From a virus (Duplodnaviria; Caudoviricetes), in IMG/VR virus record IMGVR_UViG_3300032030_000026, positions 1 to 64,000 of that record: a stretch of DNA of 64,000 nucleotides. One strand, 5' to 3'. Position 1 is the first letter of the stretch, and each line of letters opens with the position of its first letter. Below are positions 1 through 9,541 of the stretch, in pieces. The notes below the pieces were generated by a model. The model was given only the letters and a program-made list of their open reading frames with translations. It had not been told where the DNA came from and did no database searches. The translations under genes and the position numbers were made by a program.

Positions 1-216
1 AATTTCAACAAAGAAATAAAAGATTACATTAAGAAGAATATTTAAAGTTATAGATATGGATGATTTATTAAGACTTTTAACAAAACGTGAAGCCAACTCC
101 AATTACCCCATTTACATATCCAATGTTTATAGGTTTCATGATAAGAAAATTTCAGAAGAAATAGCCAAATGCGGGAAATGGCAAATAAGAAAACTTGTCG
201 AAAACTTTAAAAGCAA

Positions 217-525
217 ATGAATTTAAGAAACGCATATGATATGGAAAAGAGTGAAGAAGAAAAACAACACGTGGTTTACATTCCCAAAATTGGGACGTTT
301 GTTGACAGCAACAACGGTGGACACTATATTACAAAATGTGACCAAGAACGTCTTATTGAAGATGCAACAAAAAGTTGGAAGCGTACTATTAATTGTCCAA
401 AACAACTAATAATGGTTGCATGTATGCCAAATGAAAAAATACATTACCCGCATTTGGAAAGCAAAATCGTTGACAACCCCTATTTTGGTTGGAAGGAAAG
501 CCAATTAAAAATAGTTGAAAGATAA
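217..525 (+). CDS. hypothetical protein
   Basis: 102-aa ORF in a tightly packed co-directional run. Confidence 0.55.
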   Translation: MNLRNAYDMEKSEEEKQHVVYIPKIGTFVDSNNGGHYITKCDQERLIEDATKSWKRTINCPKQLIMVACMPNEKIHYPHLESKIVDNPYFGWKESQLKIVER

Positions 526-529
526 AAAT

Positions 530-787
530 ATGAAAACCTTTTACGATTGTGTAGTGCATCCAATGGATGAAGAAGAATGCCCAACGGGTCAAAACGATTG
601 CAACGGTTATAAATACACGGATTGTTGTGGAACAATATATATTCAGTCTTTTCCGTTTAGCAAAAAACAAATTGAAAACATTGAAAAAGAGGCAAAAAAG
701 ACACTTGATGTCTTTGTTGAAGATATTACTGATGAAATAAACAAGAGAATCTTGGAAAGAATTATTAATAGTAAAAATATAAAATGA
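530..787 (+). CDS. hypothetical protein, paralog of 4122-4331
   Basis: YTDCCG..Y.QS.PFSKKQI..IEKEAKK shared with 4122-4331; ATG at 530 preferred over TTG 515. Confidence 0.65.
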   Translation: MKTFYDCVVHPMDEEECPTGQNDCNGYKYTDCCGTIYIQSFPFSKKQIENIEKEAKKTLDVFVEDITDEINKRILERIINSKNIK

Positions 788-1227
788 ACACTGAAGCAGT
801 ATTAGAAAAATGGAAGAAAAACGTCACATGTGGCATATTGCTGCACACGCCTAACGGGTACCTGCTCTGCCATCCGACTGGTCGGAAGCACAAACGCGGG
901 TGCTATGACATACCGAAAGGTATGAAGGAGGACGGCGAGACCGAATGGGAATGCGCCGTGAGGGAGCTCCGCGAGGAGACTGGCCTGACTGCCGACTGGG
1001 AGTCTATAGACGTCACCGATATGGGGCGGCATCATTACAACGAGAAAAAAGACATACATCTTTTCAGATGCGAGTTTCAAAAACTAGAGACAGACAAACT
1101 CATATGCTCGTCTTTCGTGGAGGAGCTCGGCATACCAGAGACGGATGGATGGGCTGTCACCGAGGACTTAGGAATGTGTTTCCCGTCTCTAGTGCGGGTT
1201 TTCAAGGAATGTGGCATAACAGAGTGA
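784..1227 (+). CDS. Nudix hydrolase
   Basis: Nudix box PKGMKEDGETEWECAVRELREETGL. Confidence 0.92.
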   Translation: MNTEAVLEKWKKNVTCGILLHTPNGYLLCHPTGRKHKRGCYDIPKGMKEDGETEWECAVRELREETGLTADWESIDVTDMGRHHYNEKKDIHLFRCEFQKLETDKLICSSFVEELGIPETDGWAVTEDLGMCFPSLVRVFKECGITE

Positions 1228-1274
1228 TAGAGAAATAGAACTGAATAATTTTTTAACTAATGTAGGGATTAAAT

Positions 1275-1523
1275 ATGATAAGAGAAGAACAAACAAAACA
1301 GGCTGCATATAGTAGATATGCCATGGGTTCATCGCCAGTATTTGTAAAAACACAATGTAATTGTTTCATTGAAGGTGCAAGATGGGCGGACAATACAATG
1401 ATTGAAAAGGCGTGCGAGTGGTTAGAGAAACATGTGGAGGATTTTATGCCCCCGACAAATTCATTGCACGATTACAATACAGGTGAGCTTATACACTTTT
1501 TCAAAAAAGCAATGGAGGAATAG
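1275..1523 (+). CDS. hypothetical protein, paralog of 3447-3698
   Basis: Near-identical C-terminal half KACEWLEKHVEDFMPPTNSLHDYNT.ELIHFFKKAM. Confidence 0.7.
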   Translation: MIREEQTKQAAYSRYAMGSSPVFVKTQCNCFIEGARWADNTMIEKACEWLEKHVEDFMPPTNSLHDYNTGELIHFFKKAMEE

Positions 1524-1526
1524 ATT

Positions 1527-1811
1527 ATGAAAGCAAGAGTGATTGAAACAGGAGAAATTGTAGATGTGAAAAGATTGTACCCTACAGTTTATTCAAGATT
1601 GGATAAAAACAACAAAATTTCCGAAGAGTATTATGACGATGAAATTGAATTGATTGATAAACCAAAGAAGGTATCCATTAATAAGGTTTGTGAATGGCTT
1701 ATAGAAAATATGCACGACTATTTTAATGGGGATAGCGAATTTGCCGTTACAAATGATTTTATCACATGTGATGAATTTATAGAAAACTTTATAAAAGCAA
1801 TGGAGGAATAG
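1527..1811 (+). CDS. hypothetical protein
   Basis: 94-aa ORF; K.CEWL...F.KAMEE tail shared with neighbours. Confidence 0.65.
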   Translation: MKARVIETGEIVDVKRLYPTVYSRLDKNNKISEEYYDDEIELIDKPKKVSINKVCEWLIENMHDYFNGDSEFAVTNDFITCDEFIENFIKAMEE

Positions 1812-1813
1812 TT

Positions 1814-2176
1814 ATGACACAAGAAGATAAACAACTTTTATTGTTAAAGGACCTCTGTGCAAGACAGCCGTATGGGGTTAAGGTTGAAATAGATGGATAT
1901 GGTACCCATATATTGAAGGGTATTGATGGTGACACTATTTCAACTGATAGAGGTATTAATTATCCATTAAGACTTGTCAAGCCCTATCTTCGGCGAATGC
2001 CAGACATACAAGACCCATTGTTGAACGAACTGGATGATTTAATTACAAATAAAAAATTCTATGAGATAACATCTATTTCACAAGATTGGTATAATGAACA
2101 TAACTTCGACTATCGTGGTCTGATAGATATGGGGCTCGCTATTGAAGCACCAGAAGGGATATATACTAAACTATAA
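1814..2176 (+). CDS. hypothetical protein, paralog of 3695-4117
   Basis: MT..EKQLL..LC...PYGV ... PYLR ... FDY.GLI...LA.EAP. Confidence 0.7.
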   Translation: MTQEDKQLLLLKDLCARQPYGVKVEIDGYGTHILKGIDGDTISTDRGINYPLRLVKPYLRRMPDIQDPLLNELDDLITNKKFYEITSISQDWYNEHNFDYRGLIDMGLAIEAPEGIYTKL

Positions 2177-2186
2177 AAACAAGGAT

Positions 2187-2432
2187 ATGGCAAACAGAAA
2201 ACACACATATTATGCCGAATACGTGTACGAATACGAAATACTTCTTCCCGAAGTCAACGAATGGTTTAGGGACGAAATGTGTGAAGCAAAAATCGTATGC
2301 AACCAATTGAAACGTGACATTCCAAAATATCTGAAAGAGAAAGTCTTTAATGACTTGAAGTCCGACAACATAAGGAACTTCAAGTTCAAAATAACGGATA
2401 TGTACTTGACAAGTGACGATGCTTGCCTATAA
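2187..2432 (+). CDS. hypothetical protein
   Basis: ORF; ATG 2187 follows the upstream stop. Confidence 0.55.
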   Translation: MANRKHTYYAEYVYEYEILLPEVNEWFRDEMCEAKIVCNQLKRDIPKYLKEKVFNDLKSDNIRNFKFKITDMYLTSDDACL

Positions 2433-2504
2433 ATTTAGAATTTGATAATTAAAATTTTTATTGTATAATTTCAACGAAGAATCAATTAATAATTTGTAAG
2501 TGAT

Positions 2505-2744
2505 ATGGGGAATAAAGCACATATAAAGATTGACAAGGTTGTGGAGTATTGCAGCGAATGTCCGTTTTGCAGTATTAAATGTACTGGTTATGGAAAGTCA
2601 GGATGCTATGAACATGATGTGATTTGTCATGCAATTGATACGAAGTTTATATATACGAATCTTCGGTTTGTCGATATATTCCAAAAATCAGACAGTGATT
2701 GCGCAAAGGATTTTGTGCCTGATGATTGTCCGATGAAAATTTAA
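2505..2744 (+). CDS. Cys-rich hypothetical protein
   Basis: CSECPFC ... PDDCP motifs. Confidence 0.6.
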   Translation: MGNKAHIKIDKVVEYCSECPFCSIKCTGYGKSGCYEHDVICHAIDTKFIYTNLRFVDIFQKSDSDCAKDFVPDDCPMKI

Positions 2745-2750
2745 TAATTT

Positions 2751-3179
2751 ATGAAAGATATGAGTACGATTAGAAAAGATTTTAAGCATGGTGATATTTA
2801 TGTCACAACCAGTGGTCGAGATGCATTATGCAATGGTATAGCAACTGGATTTGGTACAAATAGATACGATAAAGACATTACATTGGATGAAGCAATTGTC
2901 ATTTGTACAAGAAATATGCAGAAAGACTATCCTGGCATGAATATAACTGAAGACACGGTTAGAAAAGTCATGTCTTCATATTCAAGATGTTTCCTGAATA
3001 TGGATGGTGAGGTTATTTCATATGAAAACCATGAAAAGCCTGATATCTTTGATATAAGATATATCAATGGAGAAGATGGTGAGAAACTCATGGTCGAAAA
3101 GGACAAGTGGCTTAAGGAGCATAATGTCACATTTGATATGTATGATGAAGATGGGAACTACAGATGCTGGGAGGATTAA
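2751..3179 (+). CDS. hypothetical protein
   Basis: 142-aa ORF in operon. Confidence 0.6.
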   Translation: MKDMSTIRKDFKHGDIYVTTSGRDALCNGIATGFGTNRYDKDITLDEAIVICTRNMQKDYPGMNITEDTVRKVMSSYSRCFLNMDGEVISYENHEKPDIFDIRYINGEDGEKLMVEKDKWLKEHNVTFDMYDEDGNYRCWED

Positions 3180-3182
3180 CTT

Positions 3183-3419
3183 ATGAAAAAAGAAACTAAA
3201 GAGACCAATCGCAGATTATCATATCCGGAATTGCGAGAAAAGATTACTTATAATATCTTAAAGAAGTTCGCAAAGAAAAAGAATTGGAAAGAATATAGGT
3301 ATGATGATGGATTCTGGATGTTTGGACCAGATAATGAAGAAACCAGAGCGGGAGTTGAAGAAAAACACCAGAAATGGTTACATGATAAAAGGCATAGACA
3401 TATGATGAACGGCATTTGA
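3183..3419 (+). CDS. hypothetical protein
   Basis: 78-aa ORF in operon. Confidence 0.55.
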   Translation: MKKETKETNRRLSYPELREKITYNILKKFAKKKNWKEYRYDDGFWMFGPDNEETRAGVEEKHQKWLHDKRHRHMMNGI

Positions 3420-3446
3420 TGTTTAAAATGATAATTTGTGAGTGAT

Positions 3447-3698
3447 ATGAAAAGAGAAGAAGAGATAAAACAAGAGGCTTATCGAAGATATTGCAACGAC
3501 CAGTCAGTAACCTTTAATATTCAATGTCTTTGTTTCGAGTCCGGTGCACAATGGGCAGACAAAACTATGATTGACAAGGCATGCGAGTGGTTAGAGAAAC
3601 ATGTGGAGGATTTTATGCCCCCGACAAATTCATTGCACGATTACAATACATGTGAGCTTATACACTTTTTCAAAAAAGCAATGAAGGAACAGTTATGA
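3447..3698 (+). CDS. hypothetical protein, paralog of 1275-1523
   Basis: Shared C-terminal half; ATG 3447. Confidence 0.7.
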   Translation: MKREEEIKQEAYRRYCNDQSVTFNIQCLCFESGAQWADKTMIDKACEWLEKHVEDFMPPTNSLHDYNTCELIHFFKKAMKEQL

Positions 3699-4117
3699 CA
3701 GAACAAGAAAAACAACTACTTATAAAAGCACTCTGCAGATATTTTCCGTATGGAGTAATATGTAGTGTTGTACATAAGAAGGATGGTAGATCAGTAGAAG
3801 AAGATATGAAATTGTCCGGGATGTTTGAAGACGGTAATTTCTACTTCTTGGACGAAATGGGTTCCACTTATTCATATAAATATATTCCTTACCTCCGTCC
3901 TTTAACAAGTATGACGGAAGAGGAACATAATGAATGGTTTCAGTATTACCAAAATGCAGAAATGGAAGAACTGAATAAAAGTGGTGACTATTTTAAGGCG
4001 GCAACATCTGGTGATAATGCTAAATACGATTGGCTCAATGCTCATTACTTTGACTATATGGGTCTTATCAAGAAAGATCTTGCACTTGAAGCTCCTTTTG
4101 AAATGTATAACTGTTAA
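3695..4117 (+). CDS. hypothetical protein, paralog of 1814-2176
   Basis: Shared terminal motifs; ATGA overlap with upstream gene. Confidence 0.7.
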   Translation: MTEQEKQLLIKALCRYFPYGVICSVVHKKDGRSVEEDMKLSGMFEDGNFYFLDEMGSTYSYKYIPYLRPLTSMTEEEHNEWFQYYQNAEMEELNKSGDYFKAATSGDNAKYDWLNAHYFDYMGLIKKDLALEAPFEMYNC

Positions 4118-4121
4118 AATT

Positions 4122-4331
4122 ATGACTATGGGACAATGTTATACATATACTGATTGCTGTGGGGCTACATATTTTCAGTCTTATCCGTTTAGCAAAAAAC
4201 AAATCGCAAAGATTGAAAAAGAAGCGAAAAAGATCCTTGATGAACGTGTTGAAGATATTACTAATGAAATAAACAAGATGATCTTGGAAAAAATTATAAA
4301 TAGTGAAAATTATGGGGATCAAAGACGTTAA
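4122..4331 (+). CDS. hypothetical protein, paralog of 530-787
   Basis: Shared YTDCCG...EINK.ILE.IINS. Confidence 0.6.
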   Translation: MTMGQCYTYTDCCGATYFQSYPFSKKQIAKIEKEAKKILDERVEDITNEINKMILEKIINSENYGDQRR

Positions 4332-4536
4332 ACCAAAATATAGAATAGGTGACACTTTCAGGAGGATCGGAACTCGTGGGTATTCTTGGTGGAAGGTAGA
4401 AGAGATTATGCATAGTGCAACAGAGACGGTATATGTTCTCAAGTTGATGCCTTTTGGAAAAGATGTCATAGAGGCCGGAGAGTCTGAATTGTGCGAAAAC
4501 TGGTATAGTACAACAATTAGTAATTCATTCCGATAA
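4312..4536 (+). CDS. hypothetical protein
   Basis: Short ORF with PKYRIGD start motif. Confidence 0.5.
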   Translation: MGIKDVKPKYRIGDTFRRIGTRGYSWWKVEEIMHSATETVYVLKLMPFGKDVIEAGESELCENWYSTTISNSFR

Positions 4537-4552
4537 TAAAAATGTTTATACT

Positions 4553-4975
4553 ATGACTTTGGAAGAATTTTCAACAAAAAGAAAGGAACTTTGGCGAGAA
4601 CTATTGCAACTTGAGGATAGTTTTGTGAAAGAACATGCCCTTTATAAAGCAGGTGATGTATTAAAAGTATCATTTCCGCGTGGAGATAGACATATAACTT
4701 GTCATTGCGCTATTACAAATGTTGGCATTGGTGATAGAGATGGTATTTTTCTAAGACCAAACCATTTTGGCGGGCATATAGTATATTATGCGGTATATGC
4801 CTATCTTGAAGACGGAAAATGGAAAAAGGACTATGGAGCAGGTTCTGTTTGTCATTTGGACAATCTTAATGGATTTTCTGGGGAAAGTAAATTTCCCATA
4901 GTATGTGGATATGAGATGGACATTGAAGAATTAAAAAACATTTCTATGGAAGTAGTGGGAAAAATAACATTATAA
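4553..4975 (+). CDS. hypothetical protein
   Basis: 140-aa ORF in operon. Confidence 0.6.
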   Translation: MTLEEFSTKRKELWRELLQLEDSFVKEHALYKAGDVLKVSFPRGDRHITCHCAITNVGIGDRDGIFLRPNHFGGHIVYYAVYAYLEDGKWKKDYGAGSVCHLDNLNGFSGESKFPIVCGYEMDIEELKNISMEVVGKITL

Positions 4976-4986
4976 CATTATAAACA

Positions 4987-5463
4987 ATGAACTACATAAA
5001 GATTACATATAATATATTTGTTGTAAAGAACCAAAACGGCTTCAACAATGCTTTATATGACTTCATGAAAGTCGATGAAGGTTGTTTTTATTCCAAACAA
5101 GAACTGAGAAGCATGGTGACTGATTTTCCGAAAAGTTATCCGGCGGCAGTTATTTTCCACAAAGAATATGACATCGGTAGAATATCAGTCGAAGTACTAG
5201 ATAAAAACGAAGTATCCGAGCTACTTGAATCTTTTGAAAAATTTAATGTTAAAATAAAAGATAATGATATGGATATAAAACTAGAAACAAATCAAAAGAA
5301 TGAACACAACACAGCTAAGTGCGGATACTGCTGTACTGTTTTTGAATATGATGCTTCTGAGTTAGAAGAAGAGGAGGACCGCGACATGAGAGGATATCAT
5401 TATTACTATTATGCTAAATGTCCAAAGTGTAGAAATAGAATTTTAGTAAAAGAATTGATATAA
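4987..5463 (+). CDS. hypothetical protein with C-terminal zinc ribbon
   Basis: CGYC ... CPKC. Confidence 0.6.
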   Translation: MNYIKITYNIFVVKNQNGFNNALYDFMKVDEGCFYSKQELRSMVTDFPKSYPAAVIFHKEYDIGRISVEVLDKNEVSELLESFEKFNVKIKDNDMDIKLETNQKNEHNTAKCGYCCTVFEYDASELEEEEDRDMRGYHYYYYAKCPKCRNRILVKELI

Positions 5464-5508
5464 TGAAAAATATATAAAGATATTAGAGAAGAACTAAAAA
5501 ATATCACA

Positions 5509-5712
5509 ATGAAGTATGATGAATACATGGACAAAGAGTGTATCCCGTTTTGCGATGCATTGAATGAGTTGCCCAGTGTGACCACATTCGAATCATGCTG
5601 CGGTCATCTCCAAAGACGATATGTTGTGTATCTTTATACAGACAACCCATATTCGATGGCGGTTATTGCCCGGACATTTGACAGGAGATACCATTTTCAT
5701 AACGGAAATTAA
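5509..5712 (+). CDS. hypothetical protein, possibly truncated
   Basis: TTFESCCGH motif. Confidence 0.5.
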   Translation: MKYDEYMDKECIPFCDALNELPSVTTFESCCGHLQRRYVVYLYTDNPYSMAVIARTFDRRYHFHNGN

Positions 5713-5718
5713 AAATTT

Positions 5719-5973
5719 TTGAGTAATTTAAAAGAATTCAAATACATGAAAAAGACAGAGGATGTGCCGGAAGGATATGTTTACGTACCTTGGATTCCAC
5801 ACACAACAAAGGCATTTATCAACGGTATTCAGGTATGGGATCGCCGATGGTGGAAAAACATACTTTGCAAGATAAACTGGTTTTTACACTTCAAGCAGCG
5901 AAAAACACACAAAAAATATGCTAATATTAATATAAATGGAGTGTTTAATATAAGTAAAATATTAGAAGAATAA
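5719..5973 (+). CDS. hypothetical protein
   Basis: ORF at end of run; start may be ATG 5746. Confidence 0.45.
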   Translation: MSNLKEFKYMKKTEDVPEGYVYVPWIPHTTKAFINGIQVWDRRWWKNILCKINWFLHFKQRKTHKKYANININGVFNISKILEE

Positions 5974-6033
5974 TGTTAATTCTGGTTAAAATTTAAAAAT
6001 CTCCAGCTATATTATACGAAATAAACTGTATAT

Positions 6034-6351
6034 ATGAATCAAAAACTTTTTGAATTTATTTGGGATCAATCTAAGAAAAATCAAGATAAGGCTCTGATTG
6101 AATTTCTAGTAGGCTTAGATTCGGACATAAAAGAAATAAGAAACGATCTGATCGGCGACATCGATTGTGTTTATCGGGAAATAGGAATTGACAAAGAAGA
6201 ATTAATAAATGAGATAAAAGCATGTCATAATGATCTGCAGATTCAGCTGGATGAGATCCGGAGACAGATGGATGACCGACTACATTTTCTTGAAAGAAAT
6301 CTCCGAGAAGAATTTGGAAAAACGGAAACCCCGGTAAATACCGAAAAATAA
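6034..6351 (+). CDS. coiled-coil hypothetical protein
   Basis: 105-aa helical ORF followed by a terminator. Confidence 0.6.
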   Translation: MNQKLFEFIWDQSKKNQDKALIEFLVGLDSDIKEIRNDLIGDIDCVYREIGIDKEELINEIKACHNDLQIQLDEIRRQMDDRLHFLERNLREEFGKTETPVNTEK

Positions 6352-6354
6352 TTC

Positions 6355-6377
6355 AAGACCCGAAAGGGTCTTTTTTT
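6355..6377 (+). terminator. intrinsic terminator
   Basis: AAGACCC-GAAA-GGGTCTT followed by a T tract. Confidence 0.85.
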
Positions 6378-6380
6378 ATC

Positions 6381-6408
6381 CTTAAGCTTTCCGGATTCCG
6401 ATTATATA
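6381..6408 (+). promoter_or_regulatory. putative phage early/middle promoter CTTAAG-N12-CGATTATATA
   Basis: Motif recurs at 7094, 25513, 30859, 34766, 38168, 44712 and 45718, each upstream of a gene or RNA cluster. Confidence 0.7.
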
Positions 6409-6447
6409 AGATCATAAGAGATATATTAATAAAAAAAAATAAGAATT

Positions 6448-6717
6448 ATGAAAAATATGATTGTAATATTGGTTCTTGCTCTGATGACAAGCTGCGTTCG
6501 CAATGTAAATTCATCAACAAGCGGGCCTGTTGTAGAATATACTTCTGTTAAAGGCGATTCCCATGGATTTATCACACCAGGAGAATGTGGAAAAATTGGT
6601 ACGGTGAGAGAATTTAAGTACAATGGTCACCAATACATTCAATTTGATATCATCTCTACACACGGAGGCCGCAGCGGGATCGTACATGATCCGGATTGTC
6701 CTTGTCAAAACAAATAA
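6448..6717 (+). CDS. putative lipoprotein
   Basis: Signal peptide with lipobox LMTSC; C-terminal HDPDCPC. Confidence 0.65.
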   Translation: MKNMIVILVLALMTSCVRNVNSSTSGPVVEYTSVKGDSHGFITPGECGKIGTVREFKYNGHQYIQFDIISTHGGRSGIVHDPDCPCQNK

Positions 6718-6742
6718 TATTCACTTTATAAAATCAATAAAT

Positions 6743-7039
6743 ATGAAAAAATCAACATTATTAGCCATTCTCGTTTTCCTTTTTGCTGTGTTTGTCACGA
6801 CATGTATCTGCTCCTCCTGCACTGAGGGCCAGAAAAGAAATCTAAAAAACATTAAGTCTGATTGGGGCGGAGGAATCGAGCGCACCGCCGTTCTGATGGA
6901 CTACAACGGCGACACAATCAAGACTTGGCATGGGAAATTTGACATCCGAGATTCCGGATCCGACAATCAGATCTTCTTTGATCTTGATGGGAAACGAGTT
7001 TGGATCCAAGGAGGCATCTTTGTTTCGGAAGAAAAATAG
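6743..7039 (+). CDS. putative lipoprotein
   Basis: MKK-hydrophobic-CSSC; ATG 6743. Confidence 0.65.
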   Translation: MKKSTLLAILVFLFAVFVTTCICSSCTEGQKRNLKNIKSDWGGGIERTAVLMDYNGDTIKTWHGKFDIRDSGSDNQIFFDLDGKRVWIQGGIFVSEEK

Positions 7040-7066
7040 AGATAACGGATGACGAAAAAATAATTA

Positions 7067-7090
7067 AAGACCCCGAAAGGGTCTTTTTTT
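7067..7090 (+). terminator. intrinsic terminator
   Basis: AAAGACCC-CGAAA-GGGTCTTT followed by a T tract. Confidence 0.85.
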
Positions 7091-7093
7091 ATC

Positions 7094-7121
7094 CTTAAGT
7101 TTTCCGAATTCCGATTATATA
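7094..7121 (+). promoter_or_regulatory. putative phage promoter
   Basis: CTTAAG-N12-CGATTATATA. Confidence 0.7.
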
Positions 7122-7164
7122 AGATCATAAGAGATAATTTAGTAATCACCAAAAATTTAGAAAA

Positions 7165-8127
7165 ATGAAAAAGATCTTAGGAATTTTAGTAGTAATGCTG
7201 GTTATGATGAGTGGAATGGCTCAGAAGATTCTTCCGGTTTCCGTCATGTATCATGTAGATACTACTAAAGAAATAAGAGAACAGTCCGGATCTATTGTAT
7301 ATAATGTATCCGAAATAGATATTCCGGATACGGTAATGAAACCGGTTTATCATATTGCGGAATCCAAAATTATTAAATCTACGGTTTCAACAAGTGAACT
7401 TGGTGCGGAAATAATTCATGATCTTTCTTGTGGGTGTAAAATCGTTGTCGGAGGTTTAAATCCATCAAACTTTTTATATCGAGATGTATATGTTCAGCAC
7501 ATGTGTGATTCTGATAAACAATATGAGCCGAAGATTGAGTATAAAAAGGTCTTGCAGGTAAAAATAATTTCATGCCCGGATAACGTATTTTTATATGCGG
7601 CAAAAGAACCGAAATTTAGGGAATTTAATTCAGTTATATTTTTCAACGGAAATATTAATGCCGGAGATGTAATTACACTATCTCCCGAATATAAACTTCT
7701 GCGTAATCTTTTAGATCAATATAACGGATATTTCAACACTGTATTAAAATTCAAAAACATCAGATCAGGATATAATGATTCAATCATTATAAATAAAACG
7801 GGAGAGTATATAGAACACATAACATTTTTTCCTCAAGATTCCTGTCTGTATTATGATACCACATACACCACAAACATCATCTGTGAAACCGGAAAAACTG
7901 ATGCTATATATGACTTCTTATTCGGTTCCTATACATACAAATATAAACTGAAACTCAAGTCCACCGATTCTAAAAAAGCATACTGGGTGGAGGTACCGCA
8001 AAATGTCTATAATAAATATTATTCGGATGACTCCGGACTGCTTAAATCCAATATAGAGTACGATGATTTAATGAAAATCAACAATACTAAAAAGATTAAT
8101 ATTACTAAAAATTATCAACAAATCTAA
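7165..8127 (+). CDS. exported hypothetical protein
   Basis: Signal peptide ending MAQ; 320 aa. Confidence 0.65.
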   Translation: MKKILGILVVMLVMMSGMAQKILPVSVMYHVDTTKEIREQSGSIVYNVSEIDIPDTVMKPVYHIAESKIIKSTVSTSELGAEIIHDLSCGCKIVVGGLNPSNFLYRDVYVQHMCDSDKQYEPKIEYKKVLQVKIISCPDNVFLYAAKEPKFREFNSVIFFNGNINAGDVITLSPEYKLLRNLLDQYNGYFNTVLKFKNIRSGYNDSIIINKTGEYIEHITFFPQDSCLYYDTTYTTNIICETGKTDAIYDFLFGSYTYKYKLKLKSTDSKKAYWVEVPQNVYNKYYSDDSGLLKSNIEYDDLMKINNTKKINITKNYQQI

Positions 8128-8136
8128 CAAGAAACA

Positions 8137-9468
8137 ATGGAAAACTCAATAACTCTTGTAGGAAAATATACTAAAGCCGAGATTTTTGCCAAAACCGTAG
8201 AAGATGGCGTATATGGTCAAGTGTACGACATCATCAACAATCCCGCATTCTTGGGTAAGAAAGTGGTCCTGATGCCGGATGTGCATGTGGGAGCAAGCGG
8301 ACCCTGCGGGCTGGTAGCGGAAATCGGGGACTGGATTTGTCCGGAGCATATTGGTGTGGATATCGGATGTTCGGTGACTATGATGATGTTAGATGGATTT
8401 ATTCCTGAAGATAAATTAGTTTTATTAGAGCATCGAGTCAAACAATCAGTCCCTATGGGATTCAATCTTCATGAACATACTGTCATAGATGAAAAAGACT
8501 TCTTCAAGTTCTTAGGTACGGAATTCATGAAGGCTAGAACTTTATGGCCTGAAGTTTTCGATATTGATCATCTTCCTAATGTAGTTACGGAAAAATGGAT
8601 CGGCAAGCAACTTAAAAAACTTGGGATGGAACCCGGAGTTTTCTATAAATCATTAGGAACCATTGGTGGAGGAAATCACTTTATTGAATATGGAGAATCC
8701 AAATTGAATGGTGCTATCACTATGCACTTCGGGAGCCGGAATCTTGGAGTCAAAGTCTGTAAGTACTGGATGAAGAAAACAACCAATCCTATGACAAAGG
8801 CGGAAGCTCAAAAAGTTGTGGCGGAATTCAAAAAGGAGTGGAATAGAACTCATAAAAGTGATATGTGTGGATTCAACGAAGCTCTTAAGAAAGAAATGCA
8901 AGAGCGTAAGAAGAATTTTATCAAAGGCTACCTTACAGGTGAAGACTTGAAAGGATATCTGGCGGATATGGTATTTGCTCAAGCGTATGCTAAATACAAT
9001 CATAAGACAGTCAAAGACATCATTTCTAAGATTCTTTCAAAGATGCATCTTCCTAAGATTGACAAGATGATCATCTGTACGCACAACTATATAGATTTCC
9101 GGGATCGCTACATCAGAAAATCTTCTATATCCGCACACGAAGGAGAGGAAGTCATTGTACCATTGAACATGAGAGATGGAACTGTGTTCGGTGTTGGAAA
9201 GGGAAATAAGTACTGGATGAATTCTTGCTCACACGGTGCCGGTAGAAAGATGTCCAGAAGCGAGGCCAAGAAAAACATCACTTTAGAGGAGTTCCAAGAA
9301 TCTATGCAAGGCATTGTGACTACTTCAGTAGATCAAACCACCATTGATGAATCCCCGATGGCCTATAAGGATACGGATGAGATCATTGATGTCATACAAG
9401 ACACTATAGATATATTGGCGGTATTCATTCCTAAAATATCTTGGAAAGCTTCCGAGACTCCCGAATAA
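8137..9468 (+). CDS. rtcB: RtcB RNA ligase
   Basis: MPDVH, GVDIGC, LGTIGGGNHFIE, HNY, SCSHGAGR, DESPMAYK. Confidence 0.95.
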   Translation: MENSITLVGKYTKAEIFAKTVEDGVYGQVYDIINNPAFLGKKVVLMPDVHVGASGPCGLVAEIGDWICPEHIGVDIGCSVTMMMLDGFIPEDKLVLLEHRVKQSVPMGFNLHEHTVIDEKDFFKFLGTEFMKARTLWPEVFDIDHLPNVVTEKWIGKQLKKLGMEPGVFYKSLGTIGGGNHFIEYGESKLNGAITMHFGSRNLGVKVCKYWMKKTTNPMTKAEAQKVVAEFKKEWNRTHKSDMCGFNEALKKEMQERKKNFIKGYLTGEDLKGYLADMVFAQAYAKYNHKTVKDIISKILSKMHLPKIDKMIICTHNYIDFRDRYIRKSSISAHEGEEVIVPLNMRDGTVFGVGKGNKYWMNSCSHGAGRKMSRSEAKKNITLEEFQESMQGIVTTSVDQTTIDESPMAYKDTDEIIDVIQDTIDILAVFIPKISWKASETPE

Positions 9469-9476
9469 AAACAATA

Positions 9477-9500
9477 AAAGACCCGTAAGGGTCTTTTTTT
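9477..9500. terminator. bidirectional terminator between convergent genes
   Basis: AAAAGACCC-GTAA-GGGTCTTTT. Confidence 0.8.
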
Positions 9501-9541
9501 GTCTTAAAGTTGTCTTAAAGTTGTCTTAAAGTTGTCTTAAA
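9499..9541. repeat. 11-bp tandem repeat, about 4 copies
   Basis: (TTGTCTTAAAG)x3 + TTGTCTTAAA. Confidence 0.9.
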
